A DNA stretch of 64,000 bases from Gammaproteobacteria bacterium (GTDB lineage: Bacteria > Pseudomonadota > Gammaproteobacteria > DASZBR01), in NCBI GenBank assembly GCA_035943935.1, contig DASZBR010000002.1, positions 90,868-154,867 on the forward strand, read 5' to 3'. Below are positions 49,286 through 63,843 of this stretch, in pieces (position 1 is the stretch's first letter; each line of letters begins with the position of its first letter). The translations under genes and the position numbers were made by a program. The notes beneath the pieces were generated by a model. The model did no database searches. It saw only the letters and a list, made by a program, of their open reading frames with translations, and had not been told where the DNA came from.

Positions 49286-50857
49286 TTAGAAATAAATACC
49301 TAACAATAACGTTACAGTATTAGCCGATCCGCCTGTAGATGCCGTCGGTACAGAACCTCTTCCACCAGAGATATCCGATGTGCTGTAGTTAATATCATGA
49401 CGAAACTCGATTTGCTGTAAAGTATTTCTCCACACAGACGTCAAGAAAGATACATTATAACGATATTGCGGAGCGCCTACGGCTAAAGCCTGCCATGTTT
49501 GTCCATAACTTGCCACAATTGCACTGGGTTTGCTCATAACATGGAAATTGTAGAACCCTTCTAAATTCAACGCCGAAGGTTTCGCACCATAACCGTTATA
49601 CATTAAATCTTGCGGTGCAAATGCAGAGGTTGCCGTCACGTATTCGTCAAACATTCCAAACTGACCAATCCCAAAATTGAAATGCGCCGCCACACCCGGC
49701 ACTTGTCGAACTAAGTTTTCGTTATTGCCTGCACTAAATCCAGCAAATCCCATAGGCAAGAAAGTTTGTTGCATCCCAATAGAATCTGAAACGTCCGTTA
49801 TCGCACCAACGCTGGTATCAATATTCCAAGCGCTACCTTTGCTGTAACCAAACCCCACATTTCCACCAAAATTCTTGATATTGTTATTGTTGTTAGCATT
49901 GGCATCACCATTGAACGCAAAAACTTGAGCATACGGCCCTTGGTTACACGGATGTTGATACGCCAATTCAACTGCACGTGCACGCGTTTGGAAAACCGAG
50001 TCTGTCATAGGCGACGTAATCATCAATGACGAATAATTACCGAACGGAACATAAAATTGACCCAGTGTTAAATAAACGGGTGAGCGATTTAAATTTCCGA
50101 AGGTCAAATATCCTTGATCCAAACGAACACGCGAATTATTGGTTAATGGCATATTAGGTGCTGGATTGTTATCGTATCTTAACGAAACAAAACCTCCGGC
50201 CCATTTATTAATAATCGGGATTAAATCTAATTCAGCGCCGGTGAGATCAATTTTGCTGGTATGAGCAGAATTATACGTTGTCGCATAAATTCCCTGCCCT
50301 TCTACTTTACCACTGAGCATCAATATTGGACCCGTAGGTTCAGCAACATTATTCTTTTTATAGTCGTTAAAAATATCTTGGCGTACTTGCAAGATATGTA
50401 AATTTTCCATGTAGTTGGTATAGGTTACGGCTAAATCAAACGGTGAAAAACTGGTGTGACTTCCCAAATAAGATCCAATAGTCACTGGAGTTCCACTTAA
50501 AAAAGTAGGCAACGGACAAAATTTTGTGGATTGAACTGATGTGGTATAAGCAGGAAGTGTCGTTTGTGTATTTTGCGTACTTTCTGTTTGTACAGCAGGT
50601 TGTGTTGTTTCTTGTGCTGCGACTTTTTCTGTTTTTACTTGTGCTTTTAATTCGCGTTGTTCTGCTTTTAATTCACCGATTTGTGAATCCAACGTTTTCA
50701 TTTGAGATTCAAGTACGTGCGCTTGCACCGTCATTTTTTGAATCATTTTTGCAGTATCTTGTGCTGAAGCAGCACTGTCAGTTGCGGCCAACACTGGCTT
50801 GGTAATTGATAATAAGCTGGCCATTGCCACCAATGAAAACAGTTGTTTTTTCATCAC
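49286..50857 (-). CDS. Legionella-type major outer membrane protein family paralog (523 aa). Signal peptide, N-terminal coiled coil, C-terminal beta-barrel ending in F.
   Basis: Signal peptide MMKKQLFSLVAMASLLS. Coiled coil LKAEQRELKAQ. Conserved FGNY block shared with the neighbouring paralog. Terminal GIYF. Confidence 0.6.
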   Translation of the reverse strand: MMKKQLFSLVAMASLLSITKPVLAATDSAASAQDTAKMIQKMTVQAHVLESQMKTLDSQIGELKAEQRELKAQVKTEKVAAQETTQPAVQTESTQNTQTTLPAYTTSVQSTKFCPLPTFLSGTPVTIGSYLGSHTSFSPFDLAVTYTNYMENLHILQVRQDIFNDYKKNNVAEPTGPILMLSGKVEGQGIYATTYNSAHTSKIDLTGAELDLIPIINKWAGGFVSLRYDNNPAPNMPLTNNSRVRLDQGYLTFGNLNRSPVYLTLGQFYVPFGNYSSLMITSPMTDSVFQTRARAVELAYQHPCNQGPYAQVFAFNGDANANNNNNIKNFGGNVGFGYSKGSAWNIDTSVGAITDVSDSIGMQQTFLPMGFAGFSAGNNENLVRQVPGVAAHFNFGIGQFGMFDEYVTATSAFAPQDLMYNGYGAKPSALNLEGFYNFHVMSKPSAIVASYGQTWQALAVGAPQYRYNVSFLTSVWRNTLQQIEFRHDINYSTSDISGGRGSVPTASTGGSANTVTLLLGIYF

Positions 50858-50891
50858 ATCCTCTCTTTTGATCTGTTTAATTTACTCTACC

Positions 50892-50918
50892 AAAAAAAAG
50901 CCCGTCATAAAGACGGGC
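50892..50918 (-). terminator. Rho-independent terminator for the upstream MOMP gene (GCCCGTC-ATAAA-GACGGGC followed by a T-run on the minus strand)
   Basis: 7-bp GC stem plus 8 U. Lies 25 nt after the stop at 50944. Confidence 0.7.
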
Positions 50919-50943
50919 TCTTCCTTGAAGCATATACAAACTA

Positions 50944-52245
50944 TTAAGCGAACATCACGCCTAAGTGTAATACACCCGTCGTTTTGTTTCTACCCGTGCC
51001 ACCATCATCACGGTCGTAATCATCGTCATTGAACACATCAAGACCGACAACCACGTTCCTGGAGACATTCACATCGAACGTTCCTTCAATACGTTGTCGC
51101 GGTATACCAACTCCGATGAGACCAATATTACGTGCATCCCATGAATACTGGTAGTCTGCGCCAACACGAGACTTGTGATCCATAATGTTAAACGTTAAAC
51201 CAGCACCAACGTCCAAAGCTCCTGGAGTTGCGCCATCATTACCAGGAGGTGTTGAGGGAGCATCAGCGTTAGAAAAATCATTGAGGGCTGACACAACATG
51301 TACAAAGCCATCAAACATTCCAATGCTACCAGTTGCATCTACGCTCACGCCATTAACCGGATGAGAGTACCCAGTAATAGCAAGAGGAATCCCGTTAGCT
51401 GCAAATCCGCCGCCAATGTAATCCGTATCAGCCATGTTATTTAAATAACTTGCTTGAAGATTAAGTTTCGCATCTTGACCTTGCATCGACCAACCTAAGT
51501 TACCACCAAAGTCGTTTATATTGATAACACCGTTGCCTGTGTCACGTCTAGAAGTCAATCCACGGAAAGTATACACAGAACCGTAGAAACCATTCGATAC
51601 GAATCCTAACGTTGCAGCTGTTTCATTCGTTTCTGTGAGTAATTGTGTAAACGACGGAACCGTCGCAAAACGATCGTAGTTACCGAAATTTACATATTGT
51701 TTACCGACTCTGAGGAAAAATGGATTTTCACAGAAATTAGCAAACGTTACATAAGCTTCATCAATAAAGTCACTTGCTTGAGGCTTAATGATAAGCGACT
51801 GGTCAGCAGGAATACTTCTGAAGTTATTTAACGAAGTGTTATTGTTTGTTTGATAATTCAAGCCAATATGCGCTTTTGTCCAATTGTTAACTTGGGCATC
51901 GACGAACAAATCAGCATTGCTTAACGTCAAATCGGAATCACTACGATTACTGTAGTTAAGATCGCCATCAGACAAAACAGCATCAACATTAATCAAACCG
52001 CTGACGCTGATTGAATCATACCAATTTGGGCAAGCAGCTATACGTTGTTGCAGAGCTGTGCCACCCATGGTCTGAGTCATACCGTTGTTTTGGTTGATCA
52101 CTTGTTCCATTGAATTAATCTGGGACTGCATACCATTCAGTTGATTTTGAACATTGACATTTGAATTTGTGGCTGCGAATGCAGAACCACTGATTCCTAA
52201 TAAAATAATTGAAGCTAAAACTGGTTTCAATCTCATGCAACTCAC
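50944..52245 (-). CDS. Legionella-type major outer membrane protein family paralog (433 aa)
   Basis: Signal peptide. Q/N-rich coiled coil. KQYVNFGNYDRF block homologous to the 49286 paralog. Terminal VMFA. Confidence 0.6.
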   Translation of the reverse strand: MSCMRLKPVLASIILLGISGSAFAATNSNVNVQNQLNGMQSQINSMEQVINQNNGMTQTMGGTALQQRIAACPNWYDSISVSGLINVDAVLSDGDLNYSNRSDSDLTLSNADLFVDAQVNNWTKAHIGLNYQTNNNTSLNNFRSIPADQSLIIKPQASDFIDEAYVTFANFCENPFFLRVGKQYVNFGNYDRFATVPSFTQLLTETNETAATLGFVSNGFYGSVYTFRGLTSRRDTGNGVININDFGGNLGWSMQGQDAKLNLQASYLNNMADTDYIGGGFAANGIPLAITGYSHPVNGVSVDATGSIGMFDGFVHVVSALNDFSNADAPSTPPGNDGATPGALDVGAGLTFNIMDHKSRVGADYQYSWDARNIGLIGVGIPRQRIEGTFDVNVSRNVVVGLDVFNDDDYDRDDGGTGRNKTTGVLHLGVMFA

Positions 52246-52298
52246 TCCTTCAAGCGGCTATGTTTAAGAGGTTACAACTATTTCGAAAAACGGACTCG

Positions 52299-52315
52299 TT
52301 GTCAAGTGTTGACAA
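52299..52315. promoter_or_regulatory. Perfect 7-3-7 palindrome TTGTCAAGTGTTGACAA about 55 bp upstream of the MOMP start. Candidate operator.
   Basis: Inverted repeat seen directly in the AT-rich leader. ATTTCGAAAAA also occurs twice nearby. Confidence 0.35.
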
Positions 52316-52570
52316 AACTATTTTAAAAGTAATTATTTCTTCCAAAAAAATATTTTGAATATTTCGAAAAATTCAAATAATTTTTTTGGGATAATAAACT
52401 AATAGCAGGAAAAATCAAATCGGAGATGGAATCGGGACAACATGGAAAGTAAATAAGTATTAAATAGAAACTCAGCAGAAATTAAAACTATTCAATAAAT
52501 ACAAGGAAAATATAATTAAACTGCGATTACAACATAAGAAAAATAAAGGGTGAACCTGCAAATAAAGTAG

Positions 52571-52659
52571 TGGTGCCCGGGGCCGGAATCGAACCGGCAT
52601 GGAGTTTTAGCTCCGAGGGATTTTAAGTCCCTTGCGTCTACCAATTTCGCCACCCGGGC
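52571..52659 (-). tRNA. leuZ: tRNA-Leu (anticodon TAA), long variable arm
   Basis: Cloverleaf folded by hand. Acceptor GCCCGGG/CCCGGGC. Anticodon loop CTTAAAA. Ends CCA. Confidence 0.85.
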
Positions 52660-52734
52660 ATTGTCAACTCGATAGACTGCTCTGCATAACTTTAATAATT
52701 AATGGCTACTATATATGTGTATATATGGGAAGCG

Positions 52735-52808
52735 TGGAGGCTGGGGCCGGAATCGAACCGGCGTAGACGGCTTTGCAGGCCGCTACATAACCACTCTGCC
52801 ACCCAGCC
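52735..52808 (-). tRNA. cysT: tRNA-Cys (anticodon GCA)
   Basis: Acceptor GGCTGGG/CCCAGCC. Anticodon loop CTGCAAA. T-arm GGTTCGATTCC. Ends CCA. Confidence 0.85.
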
Positions 52809-52835
52809 TGCAATATCCGTGTATCTCTCTAAAAA

Positions 52836-52911
<76 letters not shown>

Positions 52912-52927
52912 ACAAACTAGGGGACGT

Positions 52928-52955
52928 ATTTTAGCCGGTCATCTTCAACAGTCAA
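52928..52955 (-). promoter_or_regulatory. tRNA operon promoter TTGACT-16-TAAAAT about 16 nt upstream of tRNA-Gly
   Basis: Consensus-like hexamers read on the minus strand. Confidence 0.45.
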
Positions 52956-53007
52956 GCAATGATATACTTAATAAGTCAGTTTTAAGTCAATTTTTTGGGG
53001 ATCACGC

Positions 53008-53907
53008 GTGATGAAAGACGTTGAAAATTACTTGATTCAGTTACAAAAAAATATTTGTGATGCATTAACGAAGATCGATGGCACTGCATTTCGTGCGGAT
53101 AATTGGACACACGCCAAAGGTGGCGGCGGAAAAAGCTGTGTGCTGCAAAACGGCCATGTCTTTGAAAAAGCCGGCGTTAATTTTTCTCATGTAACAGGCG
53201 ATAACCTCCCTGCTACCGCCAGCGCACAACATCCTGACCTCGCCGGTAGAACGTTTGATGCCATGGGCGTCTCGCTAGTCCTACATCCTCACAACCCTTA
53301 TATACCGACGACACACTGCAATATTCGCTTTTTTATGGCCACGAAAGAAAATGCCGATCCGATTTGGTGGTTTGGCGGCGGATTCGACTTAACCCCCTAT
53401 TATGGATTTGAAGATGACTGTGTGCATTGGCATCAAACGGCTAAAAAAGCCTGCGATCCCTTCGGAAAAGACATTTACTCACACTACAAAAAAAACTGTG
53501 ATGAATACTTCTATTTAAAGCACCGAAACGAAATGCGAGGAATTGGCGGGCTATTTTTTGATGATTTAAATGAAAAAAACTTTGATCACTGCTTTGATTT
53601 GGCCAAAAGCATCGGTGACCACTTCCTGCCAAGCTATATTCCCATTCTCGAAAAGCGCAAAGAAACACCTTACGGCGAAAAAGAGAAAGCCTTCCAATGT
53701 TATCGACGCGGCCGCTACGTGGAATTTAACTTAATTTATGACCGCGGCACCTTATTTGGGTTACAATTCGGAGGCCGTATTGAGTCTATTTTCGTTTCTT
53801 TACCGCCACAAGCCAATTGGATCTATAACTGGCACCCTGAGCCAAATAGCCAAGAAGCCTTATTAACAGACTATTTTTTAAAACCCAAAGAGTGGATAAC
53901 ATTGTGA
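53008..53907 (+). CDS. hemF: Oxygen-dependent coproporphyrinogen III oxidase
   Basis: Length and conserved blocks match HemF. 53008 is GTG, so the ATG at 53011 is the likelier start. Confidence 0.85.
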   Translation: MMKDVENYLIQLQKNICDALTKIDGTAFRADNWTHAKGGGGKSCVLQNGHVFEKAGVNFSHVTGDNLPATASAQHPDLAGRTFDAMGVSLVLHPHNPYIPTTHCNIRFFMATKENADPIWWFGGGFDLTPYYGFEDDCVHWHQTAKKACDPFGKDIYSHYKKNCDEYFYLKHRNEMRGIGGLFFDDLNEKNFDHCFDLAKSIGDHFLPSYIPILEKRKETPYGEKEKAFQCYRRGRYVEFNLIYDRGTLFGLQFGGRIESIFVSLPPQANWIYNWHPEPNSQEALLTDYFLKPKEWITL

Positions 53908-55520
53908 CGAAATATATTTTTATTACTGGCGGCGTAATTTCTTCTTTAGGTAAGGGCATCGCTTCTGCGTCGTTAGGCGCTATTTTGGAAGCACGCGGAT
54001 TATCCGTAACCCTCATCAAATTAGACCCCTATTTAAATGTCGATCCCGGCACCATGAGCCCGCTTCAACACGGCGAAGTTTTTGTGACAGCTGACGGCGC
54101 AGAAACTGATTTAGATCTCGGTCATTATGAAAGATTTGTACGCGTCACACTCTCTCGCGACAATAATTTTACCGCCGGAAAAGTCTATGCGAATGTGTTA
54201 CGCAAAGAACGTCAAGGTGATTATTTAGGTGGCACCGTACAAGTCATTCCACACGTCACCGATGAAATTAAATTATGTATCGCAAACGCTGCAAAAAATG
54301 CAGAAATTGCTATCGTTGAAATTGGTGGTACTGTTGGCGATATCGAATCACTTCCGTTCTTAGAAGCCATTCGACAAATGCGTATCGAATTAGGCTCACA
54401 ACAGACTTTATTTATACATCTCGCACTTGTTCCTTACATACCTACTAGCGGCGAAATAAAAACAAAACCCGCACAACATTCTGTGAAAGAATTACGCTCC
54501 ATTGGTATTCAACCTGATATTTTAATTTGTCGTTCAGAAAAAGATATCCCACAAGAAGCGCAAAATAAAATTGCTTTATTTACCAATGTCGAAAAAGCGG
54601 GTGTTATTTCATTACCTGACATGCCCAGTATTTATGAAATCCCCTTATTATTACATCAACAAAAATTAGATGATTTGGTCGCTGAAAAATTACACCTCAA
54701 AACAAAACCGGCTGATTTAAGTGATTGGCAGAAAGTTGTTGATGCCGAAAGAAATCCGCAAAAAACCATTAATATTGCCATGGTCGGAAAATATGTCGGC
54801 ATGGCCGATTGTTATAAATCCTTAGCTGAAGCGATTCGGCACGCAGGAATTAAGACTCAAACTAAAGTCAATATTCAATATATCGACGCAGAACTTCTCG
54901 AAAAAACCGGCGACAGTTTATTGAAAAATATGCAGGGCATTATTGTTCCCGGTGGATTTGGTCAACGCGGAATTGAAGGCAAAATTAAAGCGGTTCAATA
55001 TGCCCGCGAAAATCAAATTCCATATTTAGGTATTTGTTTAGGCATGCAAGTCGCTGTGGTTGAATTTGCGCGTAATGTTGCAAAAATGGCTAACGCAAAT
55101 AGCACAGAATTTAATCCACAAACACCCTACCCTGTGATCGCATTAACAACAGAATGCATGGGCAAAACAGATTTAGGCGGCACGATGCGATTAGGCAATC
55201 AAACCTGTGTATTAGATGACAATTCTTTATCCAAAAAAATCTATGGCAAAAAAGAAATTCAAGAGCGTCATCGACATCGTTATGAAGTCAACCAAGATCT
55301 ATTACCCAAACTTAAAGAAGCGGGCTTAAATATTGCGGGCATTTCAAAAGAAACCAGTTTAGTTGAAATGATTGAATTAAAAGATCATCCCTGGTTTGTA
55401 GCGTGTCAATTTCATCCGGAGTTCACTTCTACTCCTCGCGATGGACATCCGTTATTTAAGAGCTTTATTGAGAAATGCGCGACACACAGTCATTCACACG
55501 CAGCCCATCTGTCATCTTGA
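53892..55520 (+). CDS. pyrG: CTP synthase
   Basis: [17 protein letters not shown]-terminus and GATase domain with GICLGMQ. 542 aa. Confidence 0.9.
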   Translation: MDNIVTKYIFITGGVISSLGKGIASASLGAILEARGLSVTLIKLDPYLNVDPGTMSPLQHGEVFVTADGAETDLDLGHYERFVRVTLSRDNNFTAGKVYANVLRKERQGDYLGGTVQVIPHVTDEIKLCIANAAKNAEIAIVEIGGTVGDIESLPFLEAIRQMRIELGSQQTLFIHLALVPYIPTSGEIKTKPAQHSVKELRSIGIQPDILICRSEKDIPQEAQNKIALFTNVEKAGVISLPDMPSIYEIPLLLHQQKLDDLVAEKLHLKTKPADLSDWQKVVDAERNPQKTINIAMVGKYVGMADCYKSLAEAIRHAGIKTQTKVNIQYIDAELLEKTGDSLLKNMQGIIVPGGFGQRGIEGKIKAVQYARENQIPYLGICLGMQVAVVEFARNVAKMANANSTEFNPQTPYPVIALTTECMGKTDLGGTMRLGNQTCVLDDNSLSKKIYGKKEIQERHRHRYEVNQDLLPKLKEAGLNIAGISKETSLVEMIELKDHPWFVACQFHPEFTSTPRDGHPLFKSFIEKCATHSHSHAAHLSS

Positions 55521-55538
55521 GGTGAGGAGGCACACGTC

Positions 55539-56129
55539 GTGGAAGATTTAATCGCTGCCATATTATTTTCAATCTCAGCGACATTAACACCTGGCCCTAG
55601 CAACTTCATGCTGATGAATGCCGGACTGAATCATCGTTTTCGCCCCTGCATCCCGCATTTTGTGGGAACCTGCATTGGATTTCCTGTTTTATTTTTTATT
55701 TCCGCTTTAGGATTTGGCGTTATTTTCGAAGAAATTCCCATTACGCAACATATCCTCAAAATAATCGGCGCACTTTATTTACTCTATTTGGCGTATAAAA
55801 TAGCCAAAGCGCATTACAACATCAGAAGTCGTCAGCATTTCAAACCCTTTAGTTTTATGCACGCAGCTATTTTTCAATGGAAAACACCCAAAACATGGTT
55901 ACTGGCCAACAGTGCGTTATCTATTTTTGTCACCCCCACACACTATGTTTCCAATGTCATCGAAATGGGCGTAATACTGTTTATGGTTTCCATACCCTGC
56001 TGTGCCGCGTGGTTATTTTTGGGCGCTAATTTAAAACGCTATTTAAAAACAGAAACCCATGAACATATTTTCAATTTCTTTATGGCAGCAACGTTAGTTG
56101 TTTCGGTGATATTAATGTTTATTGACTAG
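55539..56129 (+). CDS. LysE/RhtB-family amino-acid exporter
   Basis: N-terminus ATLTPGPSNFMLMNAGL. Six-TM, 196 aa. Confidence 0.7.
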   Translation: MEDLIAAILFSISATLTPGPSNFMLMNAGLNHRFRPCIPHFVGTCIGFPVLFFISALGFGVIFEEIPITQHILKIIGALYLLYLAYKIAKAHYNIRSRQHFKPFSFMHAAIFQWKTPKTWLLANSALSIFVTPTHYVSNVIEMGVILFMVSIPCCAAWLFLGANLKRYLKTETHEHIFNFFMAATLVVSVILMFID

Positions 56130-56142
56130 CCCAGGAATCACG

Positions 56143-56790
56143 ATGAAATTAACTTATCTTATTATTGGTTTTGCTCTTTTTTTAATCTCAAGCACTACTC
56201 TTGCAGATAGTAATAATTGTTCTGCAATACTCACTCAAACATCCAACAGCTGGGCTAATCAAAAAACAAGCACACCTGATATTGAAGATGCACTTGCACA
56301 ATACGGAAATTGCGTTGATCAAGACACGCAACAATTACATACGCAAATGCTGAAAACAAATAATTATCCGTTGATGGGCGCGAATGGGGATTTTCAAGAC
56401 TTTACCGCTGCGCTAGATAACTTTACGGCGATTGCCTTAAAATTAAGTGCGGCAGGTGGAACCTCATATGACAGCATTCACTATGCCTATGCAGAGCTGT
56501 ATAAAAAACAATTTAAATTGCTATTTTATGCGGACTATATAAACAAAACGTCTGACCCACTCATCACACGATTAAGATCACAACAACAGCCTAATCTAAA
56601 ATATCTTAAAAACTATTTTGAAAAAACACTGCTAACTTATTCACCTCAACAACGCGAAATATTACAGCACGCATTTACACGCATGATTTCTCAGAGCTCA
56701 TTTGGAGAGATGCATCAGAAATATATCTATTTATATGCCATTTTTGTTATTGAACCGCCGTCAGGTAAAGCGTTTGCGGATCCGTTTTAA
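56143..56790 (+). CDS. Hypothetical secreted protein (signal peptide MKLTYLIIGFALFLISSTTLA)
   Basis: ORF with AGGAA RBS. Start trimmed to the ATG at 56143. Confidence 0.5.
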   Translation: MKLTYLIIGFALFLISSTTLADSNNCSAILTQTSNSWANQKTSTPDIEDALAQYGNCVDQDTQQLHTQMLKTNNYPLMGANGDFQDFTAALDNFTAIALKLSAAGGTSYDSIHYAYAELYKKQFKLLFYADYINKTSDPLITRLRSQQQPNLKYLKNYFEKTLLTYSPQQREILQHAFTRMISQSSFGEMHQKYIYLYAIFVIEPPSGKAFADPF

Positions 56791-58190
56791 TTATTTTTCA
56801 TTTTCAAAATCAAACTCATCCGCAACTCAAATAAATTCTTCTCTAATCCCACCGGATAAATATGCGGATTTAAAAAGCGTCTAATCGCCGGATAAAATAA
56901 TTTCAATTGTTTTTCTGTGCGATCACGCGAAATATTGATATCAGGTATTTGATACGTTAATTTGCCTTTTTTAAATATAGCTTTTAATAATTCTTCGCTT
57001 TTGGTATCACTGGGGATTTTTTTGCGGCGTGTCGTATCTAACATATCAATCATTAAACAATTTTCTGGCATACCCAATAATTCATCGTAAATGCAATCTG
57101 CAACGGCTCCATTTTTTTTGTTAAAAAATCTTTTGATGCGCAATAATCCAGGTGTGGATATTTTTGCGTTTTGCTCTGAAAGCTTTAATTTATATTCCCA
57201 CTTCCCACCCTTAGGACGAATTGCGCTTAATTTGTAGATACCATCTAACGCCGGTTGATCATAAGCGGTTGCGAGTTTTGTACCGACCGCCCAGATATCT
57301 ATTTTGGCTTTTTGTTCTTTCAAGCTTTGAATAATATATTCATCAAGATCATTGCTGGCCATAATATGGGTATTTTTTAAGCCTGCTTTATCTAATATTT
57401 TTCGGGCTTTAATACTCAAATAGGCTAAATCACCCGAATCTAATCTTATACCCAATAATTTTTTCCCAATCTTCGTCGCTTTCTTAACACCTTCGAGACT
57501 ATTAAAAGTATCGACTAATAAATAGCAATTATTCGGCATAGCTTTTGCAAATTTATCAAACGCTTCATCTTCAGATGCAAACGCCGTTACCCAACTGTGC
57601 GCATGTGTGCCACGAACCGGAATGCCATATTTTTTGCCGGCTAAAACATTGGAAGTCCCCACGCATCCACCAATATACGCTGCACGACTTGCCGTGAGTC
57701 CTCCATCAGGACCTTGTGCACGACGTAAACCAAATTCTATGACGGGTTCGCCTTTCGCGGCGTAACAAATACGCGAGGCTTTGGTTGCAACCAATGTCGC
57801 AAAATTAATGCTGTTTAATAACGCCGTCTCTAATAATTGGCACTGTATTAAAGGCCCTTTTACACGAACAAGCGGTTCTTGCAGAAATACAACCGTGCCC
57901 TCTTCTATTGCATCAACATCAACGGTGAGCTTCATATTTTTTAAATAATCTAAAAAATCTTTAGGAAAAAATTGGGAGAGATAATCTAGATCGGATTTGT
58001 CTAATTTAAAATTTTCAATAGTTTCAATGACGTTAACTAAACCTGCCGAAATGGCATATCCGCCCTGAAAAGGATTACGTCGAAAAAAAAGATGGAATAC
58101 CGCCTCGTGATCCGCCATACCGGACTTCCAGTAACCGTAAGCCATGGTGAACTGATAAAGATCTGTCGAAAGCGTATTCAAAGGCGTCAA
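56787..58190 (-). CDS. pncB: Nicotinate phosphoribosyltransferase (long ~470-aa form)
   Basis: [13 protein letters not shown]...[22 protein letters not shown] matches the N-terminal signature of long PncB. Confidence 0.75.
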   Translation of the reverse strand: MTPLNTLSTDLYQFTMAYGYWKSGMADHEAVFHLFFRRNPFQGGYAISAGLVNVIETIENFKLDKSDLDYLSQFFPKDFLDYLKNMKLTVDVDAIEEGTVVFLQEPLVRVKGPLIQCQLLETALLNSINFATLVATKASRICYAAKGEPVIEFGLRRAQGPDGGLTASRAAYIGGCVGTSNVLAGKKYGIPVRGTHAHSWVTAFASEDEAFDKFAKAMPNNCYLLVDTFNSLEGVKKATKIGKKLLGIRLDSGDLAYLSIKARKILDKAGLKNTHIMASNDLDEYIIQSLKEQKAKIDIWAVGTKLATAYDQPALDGIYKLSAIRPKGGKWEYKLKLSEQNAKISTPGLLRIKRFFNKKNGAVADCIYDELLGMPENCLMIDMLDTTRRKKIPSDTKSEELLKAIFKKGKLTYQIPDINISRDRTEKQLKLFYPAIRRFLNPHIYPVGLEKNLFELRMSLILKMKNN

Positions 58191-58230
58191 TCCCCTGTTA
58201 AAATGCGGGTTATACTACACGGAGGTCACT

Positions 58231-60165
58231 ATGGCACACAATGTTGCTCAAAAGCTTATTGCTGCACATTTAGTTGAAGGCGAGATGAAAATCGGCGAAG
58301 AGATTGGTTTGAAAATTGACCAAACCCTCGCTCAAGATGCCACAGGCACTATGGTCATGCTGGAATGCGAAGCCATGAACCTTCCTCGTACAAAAGCAGA
58401 AGTCTCTGTTCAATATGTCGATCACAACCTCCTTCAAACAGATTTCAAAAACGCCGATGATCATATTTTTTTACGATCCGCGTGCCAAAAATTCGGTGTA
58501 TGGTTTAGTAAACCCGGCAACGGCGTCAGTCATCCGGTGCACATGGAACGATTCGGAATCCCTGGAAAAACATTAGTCGGATCAGACAGTCATACGTGTG
58601 CCGCGGGATCATTGGGCATGCTCGCCATGGGCGCGGGCGGAATTGAAGTCGCGATGGCCATGACCGGTCTCCCCATTCATATCAACATGCCAAAAATTTG
58701 GGGCGTACGATTAGTCGGACAATTACCGGATTGGGTCAGCGCCAAAGATATTATTTTAGAATTATTGCGCCGACACAATGTCAAAGGCGGACTCGGAAAA
58801 ATTATTGAATATTACGGCCCTGGATTAAAACAATTATCTGCGATGGACAGACACGTCATTGCAAATATGGGTGCAGAATTAGGTGCAACCGCCAGTGTAT
58901 TTCCCTCTGATAAAATTACACTCGAATTTTTAAAGCAACAAGATCGTGCGGAAGATTGGGTAGAATTGCTTGCCGATAAAAACGCCAAATACGATGAATA
59001 TACAGAAATTGATTTATCACAACTTGAACCTCTCATCGCATTACCGAGTAGTCCAGGCAATGTCGTTCCTGTTCGCGAAGTGGCCGGTCGAGAAATTTAT
59101 CAAGTCATGATCGGATCATCAGCCAATCCCGGCATGCGCGATTTTGCTGTTCCTGCGATGATGGTCGATGGTAAACAAATCAGCGACAAAGTTTCTTTTG
59201 ACATCAATCCAACCTCACGACAAATCTTGGAAAATCTAATAGAACATAAATATTTAGAAAAATTAGTCCGTGCCGGTGGTCGTATTCATCAAGCGGGATG
59301 TAATGGTTGTATCGGCATGGGACAAGCACCGGCAACGCATAAAATTAGTTTACGAACCGTGCCGAGAAATTTCCCGGGACGATCAGGAACTCAGGATGAT
59401 TTAGTGTATTTATGTGGACCTGAAACGGCAGCAGCGTCTGCATTAATGGGAGTTATTACAGATCCTAGAACTTTAAACATGGCTTACCCCAAATTTAAAG
59501 AACCGAAGAAAATTAAAATTAATACGTTAATGCTCGTTGAGCCTCCTCGCGATGGAAGTAAAATTCAATTAGAAAAAGGCCCCAATATTAAACCCCTCCC
59601 CCATTTTGGTGAATTAAAAAGTAATATCTCTGGACCTGTGTTATTAAAAGTCGGCGATAATATTTCGACCGATACCATTCTTCCTGCCGGCGCAGAAGTG
59701 TTACCGTTTAGAAGCAATATTCCTGCCATCAGTGACTTTGTATTTTTTCAACTGGATAAAACCTATCCCGAAAGAACTAAACCTCATCAAAAATCAGGTT
59801 CGTTTATTGTGGGCGGCGAAAACTATGGACAGGGTTCGAGTCGAGAACATGCGGCGATTGCACCCCGTTATTTAGGTGTTGAAGCAGTCATTGCGAAAAG
59901 CTTTGCACGCATTCATTCTCAAAATCTTGTGGCATTTGGGATAGTTCCGCTCTATTTCAAAAACCCCAAAGAATATGATGATATTCAGCAAGGAGATATT
60001 CTCGAGTTATCCCATATTCGTGAAGCCGTTCAAAAAGGCCGTGATATCACAGTATTCAACAAGACTCGCAATAAATCTTATCTCTGTGAACACCATATGA
60101 GCCCGCGCCAAATTGACGTATTATTGGCCGGTGGTTTAATCAATACTGTAAAAGGCAAACACTAA
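58231..60165 (+). CDS. Aconitase-family hydro-lyase (about 645 aa, putative aconitate hydratase of the short 'Aquifex' type)
   Basis: GSDSHT cluster-ligand motif and GSSREHAAIAPRYLG swivel-domain motif. -10 TATACT and RBS GGAGGT lie upstream. Confidence 0.65.
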   Translation: MAHNVAQKLIAAHLVEGEMKIGEEIGLKIDQTLAQDATGTMVMLECEAMNLPRTKAEVSVQYVDHNLLQTDFKNADDHIFLRSACQKFGVWFSKPGNGVSHPVHMERFGIPGKTLVGSDSHTCAAGSLGMLAMGAGGIEVAMAMTGLPIHINMPKIWGVRLVGQLPDWVSAKDIILELLRRHNVKGGLGKIIEYYGPGLKQLSAMDRHVIANMGAELGATASVFPSDKITLEFLKQQDRAEDWVELLADKNAKYDEYTEIDLSQLEPLIALPSSPGNVVPVREVAGREIYQVMIGSSANPGMRDFAVPAMMVDGKQISDKVSFDINPTSRQILENLIEHKYLEKLVRAGGRIHQAGCNGCIGMGQAPATHKISLRTVPRNFPGRSGTQDDLVYLCGPETAAASALMGVITDPRTLNMAYPKFKEPKKIKINTLMLVEPPRDGSKIQLEKGPNIKPLPHFGELKSNISGPVLLKVGDNISTDTILPAGAEVLPFRSNIPAISDFVFFQLDKTYPERTKPHQKSGSFIVGGENYGQGSSREHAAIAPRYLGVEAVIAKSFARIHSQNLVAFGIVPLYFKNPKEYDDIQQGDILELSHIREAVQKGRDITVFNKTRNKSYLCEHHMSPRQIDVLLAGGLINTVKGKH

Positions 60166-63188
<3,023 letters not shown>

Positions 63189-63211
<23 letters not shown>

Positions 63212-63611
63212 TCTCGAGTCCATCAATCATCGCGGCAAAAATACCATGCTGACTTTATTAGATATCGAATTTATTGAAGCGGGTGATAATTATATGATTG
63301 CCAAGATGCCTGTGGATCACCGCGTCCATCAACCCATTGGGATTATGCACGGCGGTGCCTCATGTGTATTAGCTGAAACTGTCGGAAGTACTGCAGCAAA
63401 TTTCGTAGTAGACCAAACAAAACATTATTGCGTTGGCTTGTCTATTAATACTAATCATATTAGATCCATAAAATCAGGCGTTATCTTTGCCAAAGCAATA
63501 CCTCATCATCTAGGCCGTTCCACGCAAGTCTGGAATATTGATATTACCGATGAGAATCAAAAATTAATTTCGACGACGACGTTGACGATGGCGGTGTTAA
63601 ATAAAGCGTAA
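63189..63611 (+). CDS. PaaI/YbdB-family hotdog thioesterase
   Basis: HQPIGIMHGGASCVLAETVGS motif. Confidence 0.75.
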
Positions 63612-63642
63612 CCCCTCTTCTCTGCACACAACCTGCACGCTT

Positions 63643-63728
63643 TTGCACGATACTTTGCACGATACTCATTCGACCTAGCTCCCGTAGCCCGGATTGAGTG
63701 GAGCGCAGCGTAACGAAATCCGGGCTAC
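63643..63728. repeat. Tandem 12-bp repeat TTGCACGATACT x2, then a 12-bp-stem hairpin (GTAGCCCGGATT...AATCCGGGCTAC) with a 21-nt loop
   Basis: Seen directly downstream of the thioesterase gene. No U-run follows the hairpin. Confidence 0.4.
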
Positions 63729-63843
63729 GAGCAATACTGTTAAACGTAATAGTTCGCAAACATTTTAGTAGAGGCGATGCATCGATCAGCCGATCGGGGT
63801 AGATCGTAATTTTATAATGTGCCGATCAATGCACTACCCCTGC

